NCBI GenBank assembly: GCA_046563655.1
Contig: CM102290.1
Location: 2,542,001-2,606,000, forward strand
Reading direction: 5' to 3'
DNA length: 64,000 nucleotides
Source of the DNA: Yuukianura sp. NJ FZ-2021
Lineage: Eukaryota
Made by a program: the position numbers and the translations under genes. The number at the start of each line of letters is the position of its first letter. The first letter of the stretch is position 1. Below the pieces are notes generated by a model. That model was not told the DNA's origin. It saw only the letters and a program-made list of their open reading frames with translations, and searched no databases. Positions 12,956 to 26,700 of the stretch are shown here, in pieces.

Positions 12956-13957
12956 GACCTACAACAAAAGTGTTAATCAAAGGCTAAATTCCGGGTTATA
13001 GGAGAAACAATTAGTTCTAAGATTCTTCTACAGGTTAAATTCAACAACTAATTCTGGATTATGAAGGACTAATCACAATCTAACTAAAAATTGGATTTAC
13101 CGTAGCAAGTTTTGGACGACGCTTGAAAGTTGGGTGGGTCCAGGAAGGCGTCTAAGAAGCAACAAGTAGCTCGTAGATGGGAGACGACGTGGCGGACTAA
13201 ATGAGTCACTTGTTTAAAGAAAAATGCCATGCCTTTGTCCTGGGAAAGTTCTCAAGTCCGAAAAGTAACGATGGTACGGTGACAGTTACCGATCTAAATA
13301 AGATTCAGAGTCAACTTAAGTGTCCGAAAGTGATAAACAGAACAATAAAACTTGTAGCGTCTCAGCAAATGTGATTTATTTCAGCTTACGGCATCCGGAA
13401 TGTAGGTTGTGTAATGTCATCGCTGATTGGTTTTCCGTTGTAACTAGTCTTCGTATGACCTAAACTGATTCAAAATAAACAAAGTTACATATATTTCGTT
13501 AAACCAAATTTTTAGTAGAAACTGTTATTATACGTTAGTATTAGTATTTAACGAAAATATTTTTCGGCAAGTCCGTACCAAAACGCGTAGATTATGATCA
13601 AAAATTGCCGACGAATGAACTGTGAGGCGTAGCCATACAGAAACCAATGTCAAGCGCCTCCTTCCTACAAACAGCGTTGCAACTTACAAAAAAAATCCAA
13701 AAAAGTGCTTACGATGCGAAATAAGATTATTAATTGCAGTCGTATCAAGTTACTTGATGAATCATCAATGATGGTATGCTCCAAAACACAACTTATTACA
13801 ACTCTATCAGTAAAATCAGCACTGGAGTCGTGATACGGTAGAAATTAATTTGTATTTTAATTACCTCTAGCAGAGATTGAACCAATTCCAATGAATCTTT
13901 GTTACTGATTTGACAAAGTTAGTTCACTAATAAATTAAACCTACCGAGATGCTAATG

Positions 13958-14618
13958 CTACTGCATGTATAGTTTATGTCTTGGTTCATTCTTTTGAGGA
14001 TACTTCTGCATCAAGCGGTTCATCTGCCGATGTGTTAGTGTTGTCGCTCCAGGAGCATCTTTCCCTTGGGATTCCAGTGCCTTCGCTTCCCGAGTCACTT
14101 TCTGTTAAAAACAAATAACAAATTAAGAACATCGGAACACAGATGCGGATGCGATGCAATTACAAGTACTGATCATACGGCGTACGTTGACTGCGGTGGT
14201 GGTTAACTTAATTGTGGCTTGGATTCAAGCGGTGCTAATAAACTAACGTTATGTTCTTAATTACGATAGTAAGTTTCGATAATCGAACGTTACCATTTGT
14301 GTATTGTAGCATTTCTGAAATAAGTCTATCTCCTTGGAACAGAACGACTCATCGAATTCATTCGCCTTCATACAGGCAAACATGACAGCCATTTCTTGTA
14401 TACAGGTAGTTCCTGCAAAAAAAAAATCAGTTTTAATCGTTAACACTTGTCATTTAGGATATGATAATTAGGAACGGTTAATTTCAATTACCCGTTGTTC
14501 TGTCTGATTTCGCTGATACTTCATTCTTCAACTGTAATGGTAACAATTCCACAAATTTGAAAGGGCCTATTTGCGGTTTCCGACCTTTGCCTTTGAGCAA
14601 TGTTGTTCCAATCCTCAT
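13958..14618 (-). CDS. CHCHD1: CHCH domain-containing protein 1 / mitoribosomal protein mS37
   Basis: Exons 14492-14618, 14294-14412, 13958-14101 give ...LPLQLKNEVS...TCIQEMAVMFACMKANEFDESFCSKEIDLFQKCY...QMNRLMQKYP. The twin-Cys helical CHCH motif and C-terminal LxxYP are typical of CHCHD1. Confidence 0.9.
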
Positions 14619-15211
14619 TCTGAAGTTCAACAATTAATCTTCCATTAACTAGTGGTAAATACTAACAAAGCGTAAACAACTCAGTGATTTGGTTAACGTA
14701 AAAGACTTATAATTACTTCGGAACTTTTACGCAACACAATCACATGGTAAACAAATCCCACATGTGCGTTCAGGTATTCAGTTCACACAGAAGATATGGG
14801 CATAGGCACATTCCGAGTGCACAAATCCGCACTATTCTACGTTATTGATACGCTAATCGATTAATAGTGTATTCGTTAATTAATGAAGATGAAGTATTAG
14901 CTGCCAATACAAGCAAGTACTGGATACTTGTGAGAACCAACGATAGCCCTTTTCAGCTTTTTGAATCTGTTAAAAAAAGAAGCCATACTATACTAACAAC
15001 TCCAGTTGCCAGTATATTTATAAATATTTTTTAGGTTTTTATTAAAACTCTGAAATAAGTTAATTAATGTAAATGCTACTATGCAGGGCATTACAACAAA
15101 GAAATATCCTTAAACCGGTTGACCCTCTATTCTTGTGGAGGCTAGATACGAAATTTGAATCTTCGTCCAGATCTCTTCAAGTTGTCACGTCGAGTTACTA
15201 GACGATGACAT

Positions 15212-18200
15212 TCACAAGGTCCCCTCTTCATCCAGATAGAGTTGTGATGGTGAATATGGAGCAGCATCATCTTCCACTGCCTCCTTCTCCTTACCGCCCG
15301 TGGCGGACAATGATTCCTTGGAAGTCACGTCCATAGTCACCGGAACTGGTAGGCTCTCTTCCGTCTTTTTGGCAGGCGTCTCGGGCAACTGACGTAAAAA
15401 TTGTAGAGGTGCAGTTGCAGCAGCTTCCGCTGCAAACTCTCCATCTAGACCGGGGATAACTAGTGGAACGACTTTTGTGCTTGCAGTCGCAATAAGCGAC
15501 AGTGAAATGTTCTCGATAGCAGTCTTCTCCTGTAGAATCTGGGCTTCAATGTCCTTGATCTGCTCAATAATCTTTGGATCGCTCGATTCACAAGTTTCGT
15601 CGCTTTTCAATATCTCATTGCCTGCAAGTGACAAGAATTTACCTTCTGAACTACACTAAAGTCATAGAAGTTAGTTATTATGCTTACTGGTTTTAGGTGA
15701 CGTTCCTTCCTCTTCCTCCCACGGAGTGTATGGTAAATCATCTTCGTTGACGTCACTAATACGCGACGCATCGTCAGTGGGACTAATCTTGTCCTCGGGA
15801 CTTTTTTTCGGAGTGGAATTAGATGCAGAGCTTCGCGTACGCCCTTCACGACCTCCTGCCAGATTTAGCGATGAAATCAGTCCCGGTTTAATCTCAGAAC
15901 TAAGTTTCATTCGCTTCGTTGACATCTCATTTGTGGTGGAAAGCTTCCGTCGAGATACTTGTCCAAGACTATCGCTGTAGTTTCGCGTAACAACTGCCAA
16001 TAAACAATGTGCTCGTTTGCGAGGAAGACCTGGTCCATGGAATGGAAGCAATGCCTGTAAAGAAATTCCTATTCAGTCACAATTCATCCTAATAAACTAG
16101 CAATTGATTATAAAACAATTCTAACATTGTTCACTGGGCTGTGTTTATCCAGAGGAACCAAGTACACATCCTTGAGTGGCGATGAAATTCCTCCAAGAAC
16201 TCCGAGGCGTGTTCGCGAGGAAAAGTACGTGAAGAATGTCATATAGCCCTCTGTATCAGCTGGTGTTGCTGGAGCCAAGCGCAATATGATAACCTCCTGC
16301 AAACCGATACACATTATGAGCAAACCTCAACACTAACACATCCAATGAGTAAAGCTTTTTGGTTTTTAACAATAATCTATCCTGACCTTGGCTTTTTTCA
16401 TCTTGTCGATGTAATCCCAGACAGTGGAAGGAGCAATTCTGCCAACAATTGGAACTGGACTAGACGGGAAGAAGGTCCCATCCAATGAGAAGTGTGAGAC
16501 GTTATAAAGCGTAGCGTGGAAGCTGCCCAACTCCGGCATTGTAAACTTCGCACTCAATACCGGTTTCTGACCCTCCTTCTCCTTATCCTTATCCACTACT
16601 GGAACGGTATTATCTTCGCTAGTAAAGTCCGGCGTTTTGATTGTAGACGATGGGAGCTCCTGGTCCGTTGAGATTGAGTCTGTCGCTCCTACAACAATTC
16701 CAACATTGATATTTAGGAAATACTAGTTTGGCATAGATAGGTTATGATATTAGGAATTATAATTAGAAAACTAACCAGTCTGGGAATTTTCTTGAGTTTC
16801 ATCATTATCTTCTGGAGTTTGTGATTTATTAATTTCCGCCCCCTCCGTTTTATTTCTTGCAGTATCACTATTTCCTTTCAGGTTTGAATTAGCTTCCAGT
16901 GATGATCCTTTTTTGGGGGATCCATGTTCCTGTATAGTAAATAATGAAATGTCAAAGGTCAAACTTAACGAACCATATCAATTGAAAATTATATGAAATG
17001 TTACCGGGGGTGGTTGTTTTTTGTTCTTAGATTGGTTCTTGTCAACACGCCCTGACTCATTCCGATGTCCAGTTTCTGAATGTGATCGTTTACGATCACT
17101 AGATCGAAGATCATGTTCACGGGACCTCAGGCTACGATCGCTGCCTTTATCTCGTGAAGACGAGCTGTCTTTGTCCTTGTCTTTGGTGGCATTGTCATGG
17201 ATATTTGAACTGGAACGAGACGACGAATGCTTCCTGGACGTACTAGACTTGTGATGATCTGACTTACGCTCATTCTTACTCTCCGACTCTGTATGTGCTT
17301 GTTTGTCGATTGCCTTATCCTTCCCATCGCTGCTTCTGGTCCGACGAGAACTTGTGGAAAGTTCAGTGTCGTGTTTCTTCGAACGTGAAGTTTCACTGGT
17401 AGACTTTAGTGGTTGTGCTGTTTCATTGGCCTTAGAGGCCTGATGTGAACGGTGTCCTCGCGGAGACGACCTAGTTGAAGTCTTTGAGCTTGTCCTGTAT
17501 GGTGTCAATGGTTCTGGCACCAAACTCGCCTCCGATTTAGTTTTTCCATCAACATGTGGCATTCGTAGATATCGACTTTCATCATCCGCTATAGCGGCTT
17601 CAATTTTCTCAAACCCGAGCTCTGCATCAATTCGTTCTTGATTCTTCAGCTCTTGAAGCTTGTCAATTTCTGATCGTTTAATCATTTCCAGTTCTTTCTT
17701 GGATTCATTCAGTCTCCACTGAGCTAGTTCGTCTGAAGCCAGCTGATGAGGTTCAAGCTTGACTAACTCTTTTGCTTTTAGCTCGTTCATGGTTATGTTC
17801 TTGTATAAGTTATTCTTACTGTCCTTCAAGTTAAACAGAATGCTGCGGAACCTGCTCAAGTATTTGCTGTTGACAGTAGAGAAAGTATTGAATAGTTCCG
17901 CCTCAATCGCTTCTGACATAGCATCAGGTGTGTTTTCGGCCGGAATTTCTGCACGCTCAGCATCCGTCAATTCCTTCAAACGAAGCTCAAATGCTTCTGT
18001 TAGCTTAGTACGTGAAGTCTGTCGGCATGCCTGAATCTCTGCCTCAGTTTCCTTCTTAGGCTTCTCTGGTTTTTCTGTTTCCCTCTGCTTCGATTTGTCA
18101 TTGCCGGAGATATTACGTTTCCTAGTCGGCTTCCCTTCAATTGAACCAGATTTTGAGCTCGTGCTTGATCTTGCGCCCCTCTTCGTAGGTAGGCGCGCTG

Positions 18201-21200
18201 GTTCAATAACTTTCGTACGTTTTATTTCTGTAGGTGCAACTTGCTCAGATCCAGACCCTCGCTTCATGCTAGCGGATGAGTTTGAAGATTTGTCGGCGTT
18301 TACAGCCTTTCCAATTGTAGATGCGTTAGATGAAGAGGGTTCTGAGGCTGGAATCTTGCTAGGAGACTTCACAGGAGTCGTCGGAACTGCAGCGTCTTTA
18401 GGCTTGGGAGGAACGACAACAGTAGACTTTGGTACTCCAGGAGAAATCAAGTGAAATGTTAAGAAGTTTTCTAGCTCCTCTTTATCAGGAATCTTGGAAT
18501 TCGAGCGCTGTATTGTAAAATTAAAATTAAACATTACTCAACGCAACAAAGACAAAGCAGAAATTTTGAGCAACTGTGGAACAACCTTCAGTTTTGATGC
18601 AGCAGCGGACGTGGTAGGCGGGGGAACACCAGACTCTTGTGAGTGTTTAACAACACATTCATCGCTACAAAACACCGAATTTTGTCTCGCTTGTTTCGTT
18701 TTGCAAATGATACACTTTCCAGCTGTAAATTATTACAAGGGGAGGTAGAATATCAATCAAAGTTTAAAAAAAAAACGAAAAAAGGGAGTTCAAACACGAC
18801 AATAATTTTAGTGCAAAAAGTCTTACGTGCGGTCGGCGTTTCCGAAACAGATACAGTAGTAGTACTCTCAGATGATTCTGTCAGACGTCTTTGTCGCAAC
18901 TTGTCTGGAGGCGATTGAGGTTGATCATCTTTAGCCTCACTCGTCGAAGTGGAAAGCCGAAGCCTCTTGCTATGTTGACCAGCCGATTTCTCCTCAGCAG
19001 TTGGAGTTGGAGTGTCCTTCACGGAACCAACCTTACGCTTCACGTCGCTCCCCGTATTAGTCTTCGACTTACGTGAGATTTTAGCCACTGGAGTTTGAAG
19101 TGTTTCTTTTTCATTCTTGGTCTTCTTTTTACAGTTAGGGCATATCCATTTATCTAATTGAGAACCGACTGCCTTTGTGATCCCGACACATTTCCCGTGG
19201 AACCAATCTTCGCATGTGTCACAACAAATCATGAAGCGATTATTGTGAGGTTTTTGACATATGCACCACAGCCTGGAATGTTTACATAAAATCGACGTTA
19301 ATTTTCTAAAAAATAATCTCTACATACTCTGACGAATCACTAATGCTTAAAATTTGAGTGGTAGATTAAATCCTAGTTCTAAAAGGACTAACAGTGCAGT
19401 AGACTAGTAAGTATCGATTGTAAAATAACTTTGATTCAAGTGTGATTCTACTTAAAGTTTTAACTTTTGGGAGATTTAGACGGGTTCGCCACGTAAAAAT
19501 TCCCACTTATTTTCCAGCGAATTTTACCGGTATTTCCCACCCTTTTCCCCAAAGGCGAACAATGCTTATTCATCAGTGTTAAGATTCCGACCGAAAAACT
19601 TACTTGTTAGGATCGTCCTCATTAGTAGTCTCCTTGACCTCTTTAGCTTCCGCTTTGGATTTTGACTCACGTTCCGCAACATCGTCGTGCGCCTTTCGTT
19701 CTGTATCATCCAGATTGATGTAATTCGGGTCCGCTAAGTGTGCAGGGAGTTTCCTGTTTTGACGTTTAGGGTATGGCCGTCTGCAAGAGAGAATGTTAGA
19801 AATATTAGTGCTACTTAGAAATATTTAGTATTGGAACATTGGATGTCAATTGATCAGAAACCGACCTTGGCGTCTCATCGCTTGGTACTTCCGCTTTGGT
19901 AGTGACATCGGTATCTGCTTGAGATGGTACAACAATAGATTGTGGCGTCTCAACGGGTTGTTGAACTCCTACAGCTGGAGCTGGTGGAGTTGTATTATTG
20001 CCACTGTGAGACGGCGAAATTGGAGCCTTTCCAGCGTACATTTCCTTTTCACGCTGCAGCATTTGCTGATTTTCGGCTAAGATTCGTTCCGCTTCTTGCC
20101 GCTCAATACGATCCTGTTGTCTTTGAGAGCGGCGTGATCGAGCATTTGCTTCAACGGAAGCTGAGCCTAAAAACGTAAGTAACAAGTAACGACGTTATCA
20201 TTAGTATTACTTCTAATGCCAACTTTAAGTTTAAAGGCCAATTTAAGCACAATTTTTATTGGTTTTAAAGCGCAGTTAACAGGTACGTGAGGAATAGGAT
20301 CACCTTAACCCGACAATTATTAAGGTTATACTACTTGAAAGCAGGAAAAGCATTTAAGAATATATGCGAACAAAAACGAACAATTAATTTAAAAAAGAGT
20401 TTAAATAAGAGTTGTAAATAATAACTCCCAAAAAATACCTTCATGGGCTGTTGCAGCTTGAACTTTAGTCTTAACGTCTTCGAATTTCTGAACTGGATTG
20501 TCGTCGGCAGTCTTAATTTCTACGAAGTCCGCATCCTCTCCCATGGTTCCAATATCAGCTGGTTCTCCATCAGCCACGTCCCGTGAACCTGTGTGCATCT
20601 CCCACAAACTTGGACCAAGTGTACCATCGGGTCTCATAATTGGCCGCAACACGTCGAAGTCTTCTGCTGGCTGAGGCTGGAGTAATCGGCTATCTTGCAC
20701 TGGTAATGTTGCCGCCGGTAAATCTGGAATAATTGTTATTTTTGATTTGCCTTTGTACCGAGTTTTGTCTATTTCGTACAAAGGGTACGCACAGTAACTG
20801 TGATCATAGTGGACTTCGTCTGAAATTAAATAAAGGCGAACAGCGCCATGAATTTCAATCCATACTTCTTAGTGGATAACAAGAAACGGTTTTAGCATTA
20901 CCAGAGTCGAGTCTATACTCTCTAGATGTGGATGCCTTCGACGATGAGTGCGGCAGATCAAGATCTTCAGTTGCGTTGGCAAGGACCCTCTCCATCAATT
21001 CATAATCCTTCGGAAGAAGGCGAGACTCAAAGTCAATAACGTCCATGGTTTCTACCAACCCAGTGCTGGGTCCAGAACTTGTTTCTTGTACTGCTTCGGA
21101 AGTTGTGATCGTATTCAGCGTTCCATCCGGCAGCATTTCATAAATCTGATCAATTTCATCATTGTATAGTATAGCTTGAGGTTTTGTTTTTCTAGATCTA

Positions 21201-21712
21201 GTCGTCGGAAAATGTGTAGCTCCAGCCAACGGATTTTCTTTTACTTTTAAAGCTGGTAGTGTGATTGGGAAGTAGACGTGTGGTTCGGCATCTAAACAAA
21301 AAGGCGACCATAAATAAATTAAACATTGTCAAAGTAGTGCTCTCCTATTAAGTTTTGCAACCCATTTACCACATGGCACCACTCCCCGTTTGTTCAGCAT
21401 AATGCCTCCTTCGTCATTGAGTTGTACTACAAAAGTAATGTCCTGTCCATCCGTCGAAGTTGAAGGAGACGCTTCAGCCTCCGTACTCGGTGTCTCTGGT
21501 TCTTCATGTCCCTCTTCTCCTTCCGTTATCGCCACTGTTTCGACAACACCTTCTTCCATAACTGTCAGTATCTCTTCCGCTGCTGTGACATCTCCTTCTT
21601 GACCAGTGTCGCCTTGTACTGGAACTTCTGTATCTCCACTTTCTGCTTCCATGTCCATCTGTAGCGTCCGCTCGATCTCGAGGACCTCGTCTACAACACC
21701 TTCCACGTCCAT
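15212..21712 (-). CDS. pps: DIDO1/PHF3-like (Drosophila PPS-like) PHD finger, TFIIS-central and SPOC domain protein
   Basis: PHD finger LWCICQKPHNNRFMICCDTCEDWFHGKCVGI...WICPNC (~19135-19273). Second Cys/His cluster KCIICK...FCSDECVVKH (~18640-18720). TFIIS-M region IEAELFNTF...KYLSRFRSILFNLKDSKN...LASDELAQWR (~17700-18030). SPOC region IVGRIAPSTVWDYI...YFSSRTRLGV...KDVYLVPL...GPGLP...LLAVV (~15980-16570). The start codon is inferred. Confidence 0.88.
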
Positions 21713-23745
21713 GGATGGGAGACGCAGCGTTGACAAGTCCTACTTTCCTATCGTAACTTGTCAATTAAATTACAGGTTAATGACTTTTCTAAGAACGTCA
21801 ACTAATCAAAAACGGTACTAAATCTCTTCAGTAAAACTATTAATTACGAACGGCTGACTTACCACTGCAGGGGGGGATAATAATGAGGATTGAAGAAAAT
21901 CACAAACAAAATATACACAATGAAAAGAAAGCAGAGTCCGCGAAGAAGGCTTGTCTCCTCTTCTTTTTGGCTTTTTGCATGTCTGCTTGCGTTGCAAAAA
22001 AAAACCCTCTGGAGCCAAACCACCATTCGATACAGTCAGTGTATAAGTGGAGCTTAACAGTGTTGAGGTTGCTTGGCACAATTTGTGTCTATGGCCCGCC
22101 TATATGCGTTCGGCTACGCTCGGAGTAAAGTCGGAACTCCGATTTTTTTTTCGAGAGCTCAAATTCCCTCTCTCTCGAAAGCTCCAGCCAGAGATGACGC
22201 CACAAGGACTGAATTTCAGACCAAACCAAGCCTTTGGGTTTTGAAAGTTTTAAGTTGTGTAAAAACTTTACAAAAGCGACATTCAACACAAATACCATAA
22301 AACTTCTAATAGAAGCAGAGCTTTTACCAACTGAACACCTGAAACTTTACCAATTTTAATTTATATTTTAATTATATTATAATTTTCTCCTTCCAAAGTG
22401 TTAATGAATTCTTCAAAAAAAAATTTGAAAACAAATTTTTAAAGTTTCTGTTTATTTTTTCTTGGATTTCTTTAATGGCGTAACACGTTGGAGTTCGCAT
22501 TTCTTAAGTTCGTCTATTTTATTTGTTCTTTGTTGAAAATCTTAACTTTTCTTAAACTAATTCAACATGTTACAGTTAATTTAAGTTTAGTTTGCAGAGA
22601 GCTTACTTTAACATATGGGAACTTGAGGGAAATCACAGACATATTTGTTGTAACCACCATTAAATTAACTACAGGTGACTAGTTCTCTCATTTTTCACTA
22701 ATGTAAATACGCAAAGGGTGGAATAGTAGTAGAGCAATTGATATTCTTACACGAATTACTTAAAGCCTTCTACTTTTTGTTTTACAAAATATCCTTTGTT
22801 CTAATTAACGCATTAACAGCAGAACTATCTGATTTTGTTTTCGAACGTTGGAACATGAGGTTCAAAATTAAAATTTTTTGTTCCTACATTTCCATTTCAG
22901 GATGACACGGCTCTTCTAGCATGTTTTAGTAACAAGTTACTTTAGTTTGCTACTTTTCAAAAAGGATCTAATTTTCTAAACTTCTTTCCAGAAGAATTCT
23001 CTACAGAATTGCGTAAATCTAACACACTAATAAAAGTTGTTCTGTCAAAGATTACTTCACTGCAGTAAATCTCTAAGCAAGTTACAAAGTTAGCCTTTTC
23101 GGTGACTGGCCAGAATACAATTTTTCATTTTGGAATTTCGTGTCTCCCCAAATTTGAGTTTCATATTAAAAGTTAACAGCGTCACTCCCTCTGCCATATT
23201 GGATTTCAGCTTCCAAGGTTCGTACTACTTTCCAAAATTGAAGAAACCATAATTTGTAGTTGTGCTGGAATAGACTTGTACGGATGTGCTAGGAATTCAA
23301 GAGAACACAATAGTTTCTCCAGGAGGAACAAGATCACCACAGAAGATCCGTCTATCCATGTGTCCATTGGTCCAGAAAGAACAATGAAGACATGATTGAT
23401 GACTTGGTGAAATCGAAAATAATGAAGTACGGAGATGGTGGGTGGGTAGGTTAGGCTAACCTAACCGCTGGAGACTTGTGGAAAATGATTCCGTAGTTCC
23501 GCACATGGAAGTATCAATCTATGTCACTGAAATTATGAAAACAGTTACACATAGTACACACGGGAAATGTTTCACTTTGGTCTTAAAGTTAATTGACTTG
23601 TGTTAACTCAAGTTATTTCACGTTTAGATTAAGTTAACTTTTGTGATGAAGTTATTCTTACCGTCGGCTGCTGATGATTCGTTTCCAGTAAGAAAATGGC
23701 GCGATGGATTCATTTACAATTGGAAGGTGTTTAAGTCATGGATGC

Positions 23746-26700
23746 TCATAGTGTGTTGCTGAACGCTTGCAAACTTTTTAGAATAAGTTCATCCTTGCCA
23801 AAAAATAAGAGCAAAATTGTCAAGGTTAGGCGTTTAGCTCACAGCGGCACTTCTCATATCATGTGCGTGTTTCAAGAGCGTTTCGTGAAAGGTCAGTAGA
23901 AAAAAGAACAAGGTCACGAGGTAAAACAAATGAAAATGTAATAGCAGGGTTTGATTTTTATTAAAAAGGGGCTAAACTGATTTTGATCTTCTCACAAAGA
24001 AAGCCAAGGCAAGGATTTTGAAAAAAGTACAAAAGAAAATAAGGGTTTGAGCACTAAATAAATCAATCTTTGGCGTTCTACTGTTCCTGGCCTAAGTGAG
24101 TCTTAAAGGGAGATCTCTGAAGTGCGTTTAGATGAAATAAACTTTGTAAGAAGGGATTGATTGATTGCGTCTCTACGTCCAAAAGCCTCCAAGTCTGTCA
24201 CAAGTCTCACGGGCAAACAATTGAAAATTTCAAAAGAAGAAATCTTAGGCTCAGATCTTCTCTTTTCCAAAATAAACGAAAATCCGAGTGCCAAAAAATG
24301 TCAAACTGCTGTTACTTCTTTCTCTAACTATTTTGTTGGTCGTTGTGAAAAGAAAAGAGAAATGTTTGTAAAAAGAAAAAGAAAGTTCTTACTTTTAAAC
24401 AGGACTCCAGGAATTCTTCGATAGTTACAATCCCGTCGTGATTTATATCAAACTTACTAAAAATTTTGTCAGCATGATCCTTTGTCTTTCTATCTTCAGC
24501 CTAGAATCACAAAAAAAGTTTGTCCAAAATTATTCAAAAGTTAGTCACATATTGAGGATGAAAAAATTCATGACCTGAAAAAGTGCAAAGTGAAAGTTCA
24601 AATTCCAGTCAAATATAAAACCAAATTCTTTTCTTTAGAAAAACAAGGAAAAGATATTATTGCAAGATTGAAATAAATCAAAATTAAAACGACCACAAAC
24701 TCTGCTTTTTTTAAACCTTAAATGAAACTATGTTTTGAAATACGGGTTTCATTTCTGCCGCTTATTTATCTTTCCCCCCATAAACGAACAGTTTAAAAAC
24801 TTTCCCCGACTTTTCTAAATTAAAAGACGTTACGACATTATGAATCATCTTCAAAAATTCCTTTGTCACATTCTGTTAAAAAAAAGTAAGAAAAAAAAAT
24901 TTGAAATGGTCTTGGAAGTCTGCCACTTCCGTCATGCCTTCTTTATTCCCAGCTTAACTTTCTTTTTTTCTTGATTTTTTTCTTAACGTAAAATGATACT
25001 TACTTGCTTAGAAACTCCAACGAGATCATGTATGGCAGATATAATATTAAAAAATTCTAGTTTAGTGATGTATCCATTCCCATTGAGATCATACAGTCTG
25101 GAGAAAATCCATTTGAGTTTCTCACGGTTTGACCCACGGAGGAGAATAGACAGTGTCAGGATCATATCCTACAAAATATTACAAAAAATATAAGTAAAAC
25201 ATTAAAATACATAAATAAAAATAGACGTATCGTTTGAACAAAAAGGCCAAACCCATCATCATCACTTTTCCTGTTTCCTATTTTATTGGAATCTTTAACA
25301 CTAAAAGGGCAAGAAATGAGTGGTCCGATAAACCATTCCAGGAGAACGATATATGGCACAGCAGAGAAAGCTTTTTCAAAGTTTTTTTTTTATTTTGGGC
25401 TTTAACGTAGCACTGCCATCCAAAAGTGCCATATTCCGTCCAGTAAAAAAAATATACTGGAAGGACACGGCGCACATTGCCTCAGACATGGCATATAAAA
25501 TAGTTTCTAGGACTCTAGCACTAGGTTTTTAGAACCTGAACTAGTGCGGGTAGACACGGTGAAAGGAAACTTTGCAGAGTCTAACGACTCCTAAAAATCT
25601 CCCCTGCTCTGTCCTAATGGACCAAAGTCATCATCTCTAAAATCCCTCCCAGAGATGCGAAAAGACGCTTAATTTAATAATGAAAACCTCCTACCCACAT
25701 TTGTCATTCTCGTAATTTGACTACCATAACAATATTACTCACAAAACTTTAAAAATTTTCACCACAACTTTCAATCATCCGCTTTCTTAAATGCCAACTA
25801 TTATAACATTTTCAGTCAACTTTGGTAAAAAAAATTAACTTTTACTTTCAAATAAACCTATGTTTTTTACCAAATTATTTGAAATTTTGTCATTTTTAGG
25901 ACTTACCTTAAATGTGATTGCTCCACAACTCGACATGTCAAATGCTTTGAAGACTAAATGAGCATATACGGATGAGTCTGGAATTACCAATAAATTTTAA
26001 AAATTTAGGTGTAAGGTTCCAAAAAAGCGCTTTTGAAAAAATGAGGAAGTAGTACAAGCATAGATGGAAGTTTCTTATTTAAAAACTGCTGAAAGAAAAA
26101 AAATGTGAAATTTCTGTTTTGGGAGTTTCAGTTTTCACTTTAAGTTGTTTTTACTACTTTCTTGCCTTGATTTTTAATTTTGCCCACTTGTAAAGAGAAA
26201 ACAACATAAAAAATTAAAACTTATTTTCAACTAAGTAACACAAAAGGCATAACTTTAATAATAAATGTAAAATCCCGGAAGACTCCAACTTCCTCTTCTA
26301 CTTTCACTTTTTTTTTCAAAAGGAAAGAAATAAAAAACTACAAACCAGGCGCTCAAAAAGTTCATTTGTACAAAGATTTTAAACAGAAAATGAAATGAAC
26401 TTTGAGAAAAAAGTTGCTTTTGAACCAAACTTTCACTTTTCCTGTTTTCAACAAATGTTTAACACGATTGTAAAAAAAAAGTAAAAGTTTCATAGAAAAA
26501 AAAATCTTACTTCCGTAAGGAAAAAACTTGGCGTAGATATCTTTGAACGTATCTTCTTGGACAATTCCACCTGGACATTCCTGGAACAAATCAAGAAGCC
26601 TATTAGGTTTTTCTCAGTTTAACATTTGAATTGTTAGGTTAATGTTATGTTAGTATTGGTCCTGCTAGACTAAAGTTAAACTGTGTTGTTAGTTGATTGG

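Noticed and set aside
19484..19560. 7-bp inverted repeat gttcgcc...ggcgaac in a DIDO/PPS intron
   Set aside because: Too short and single-copy in this window to call a MITE.
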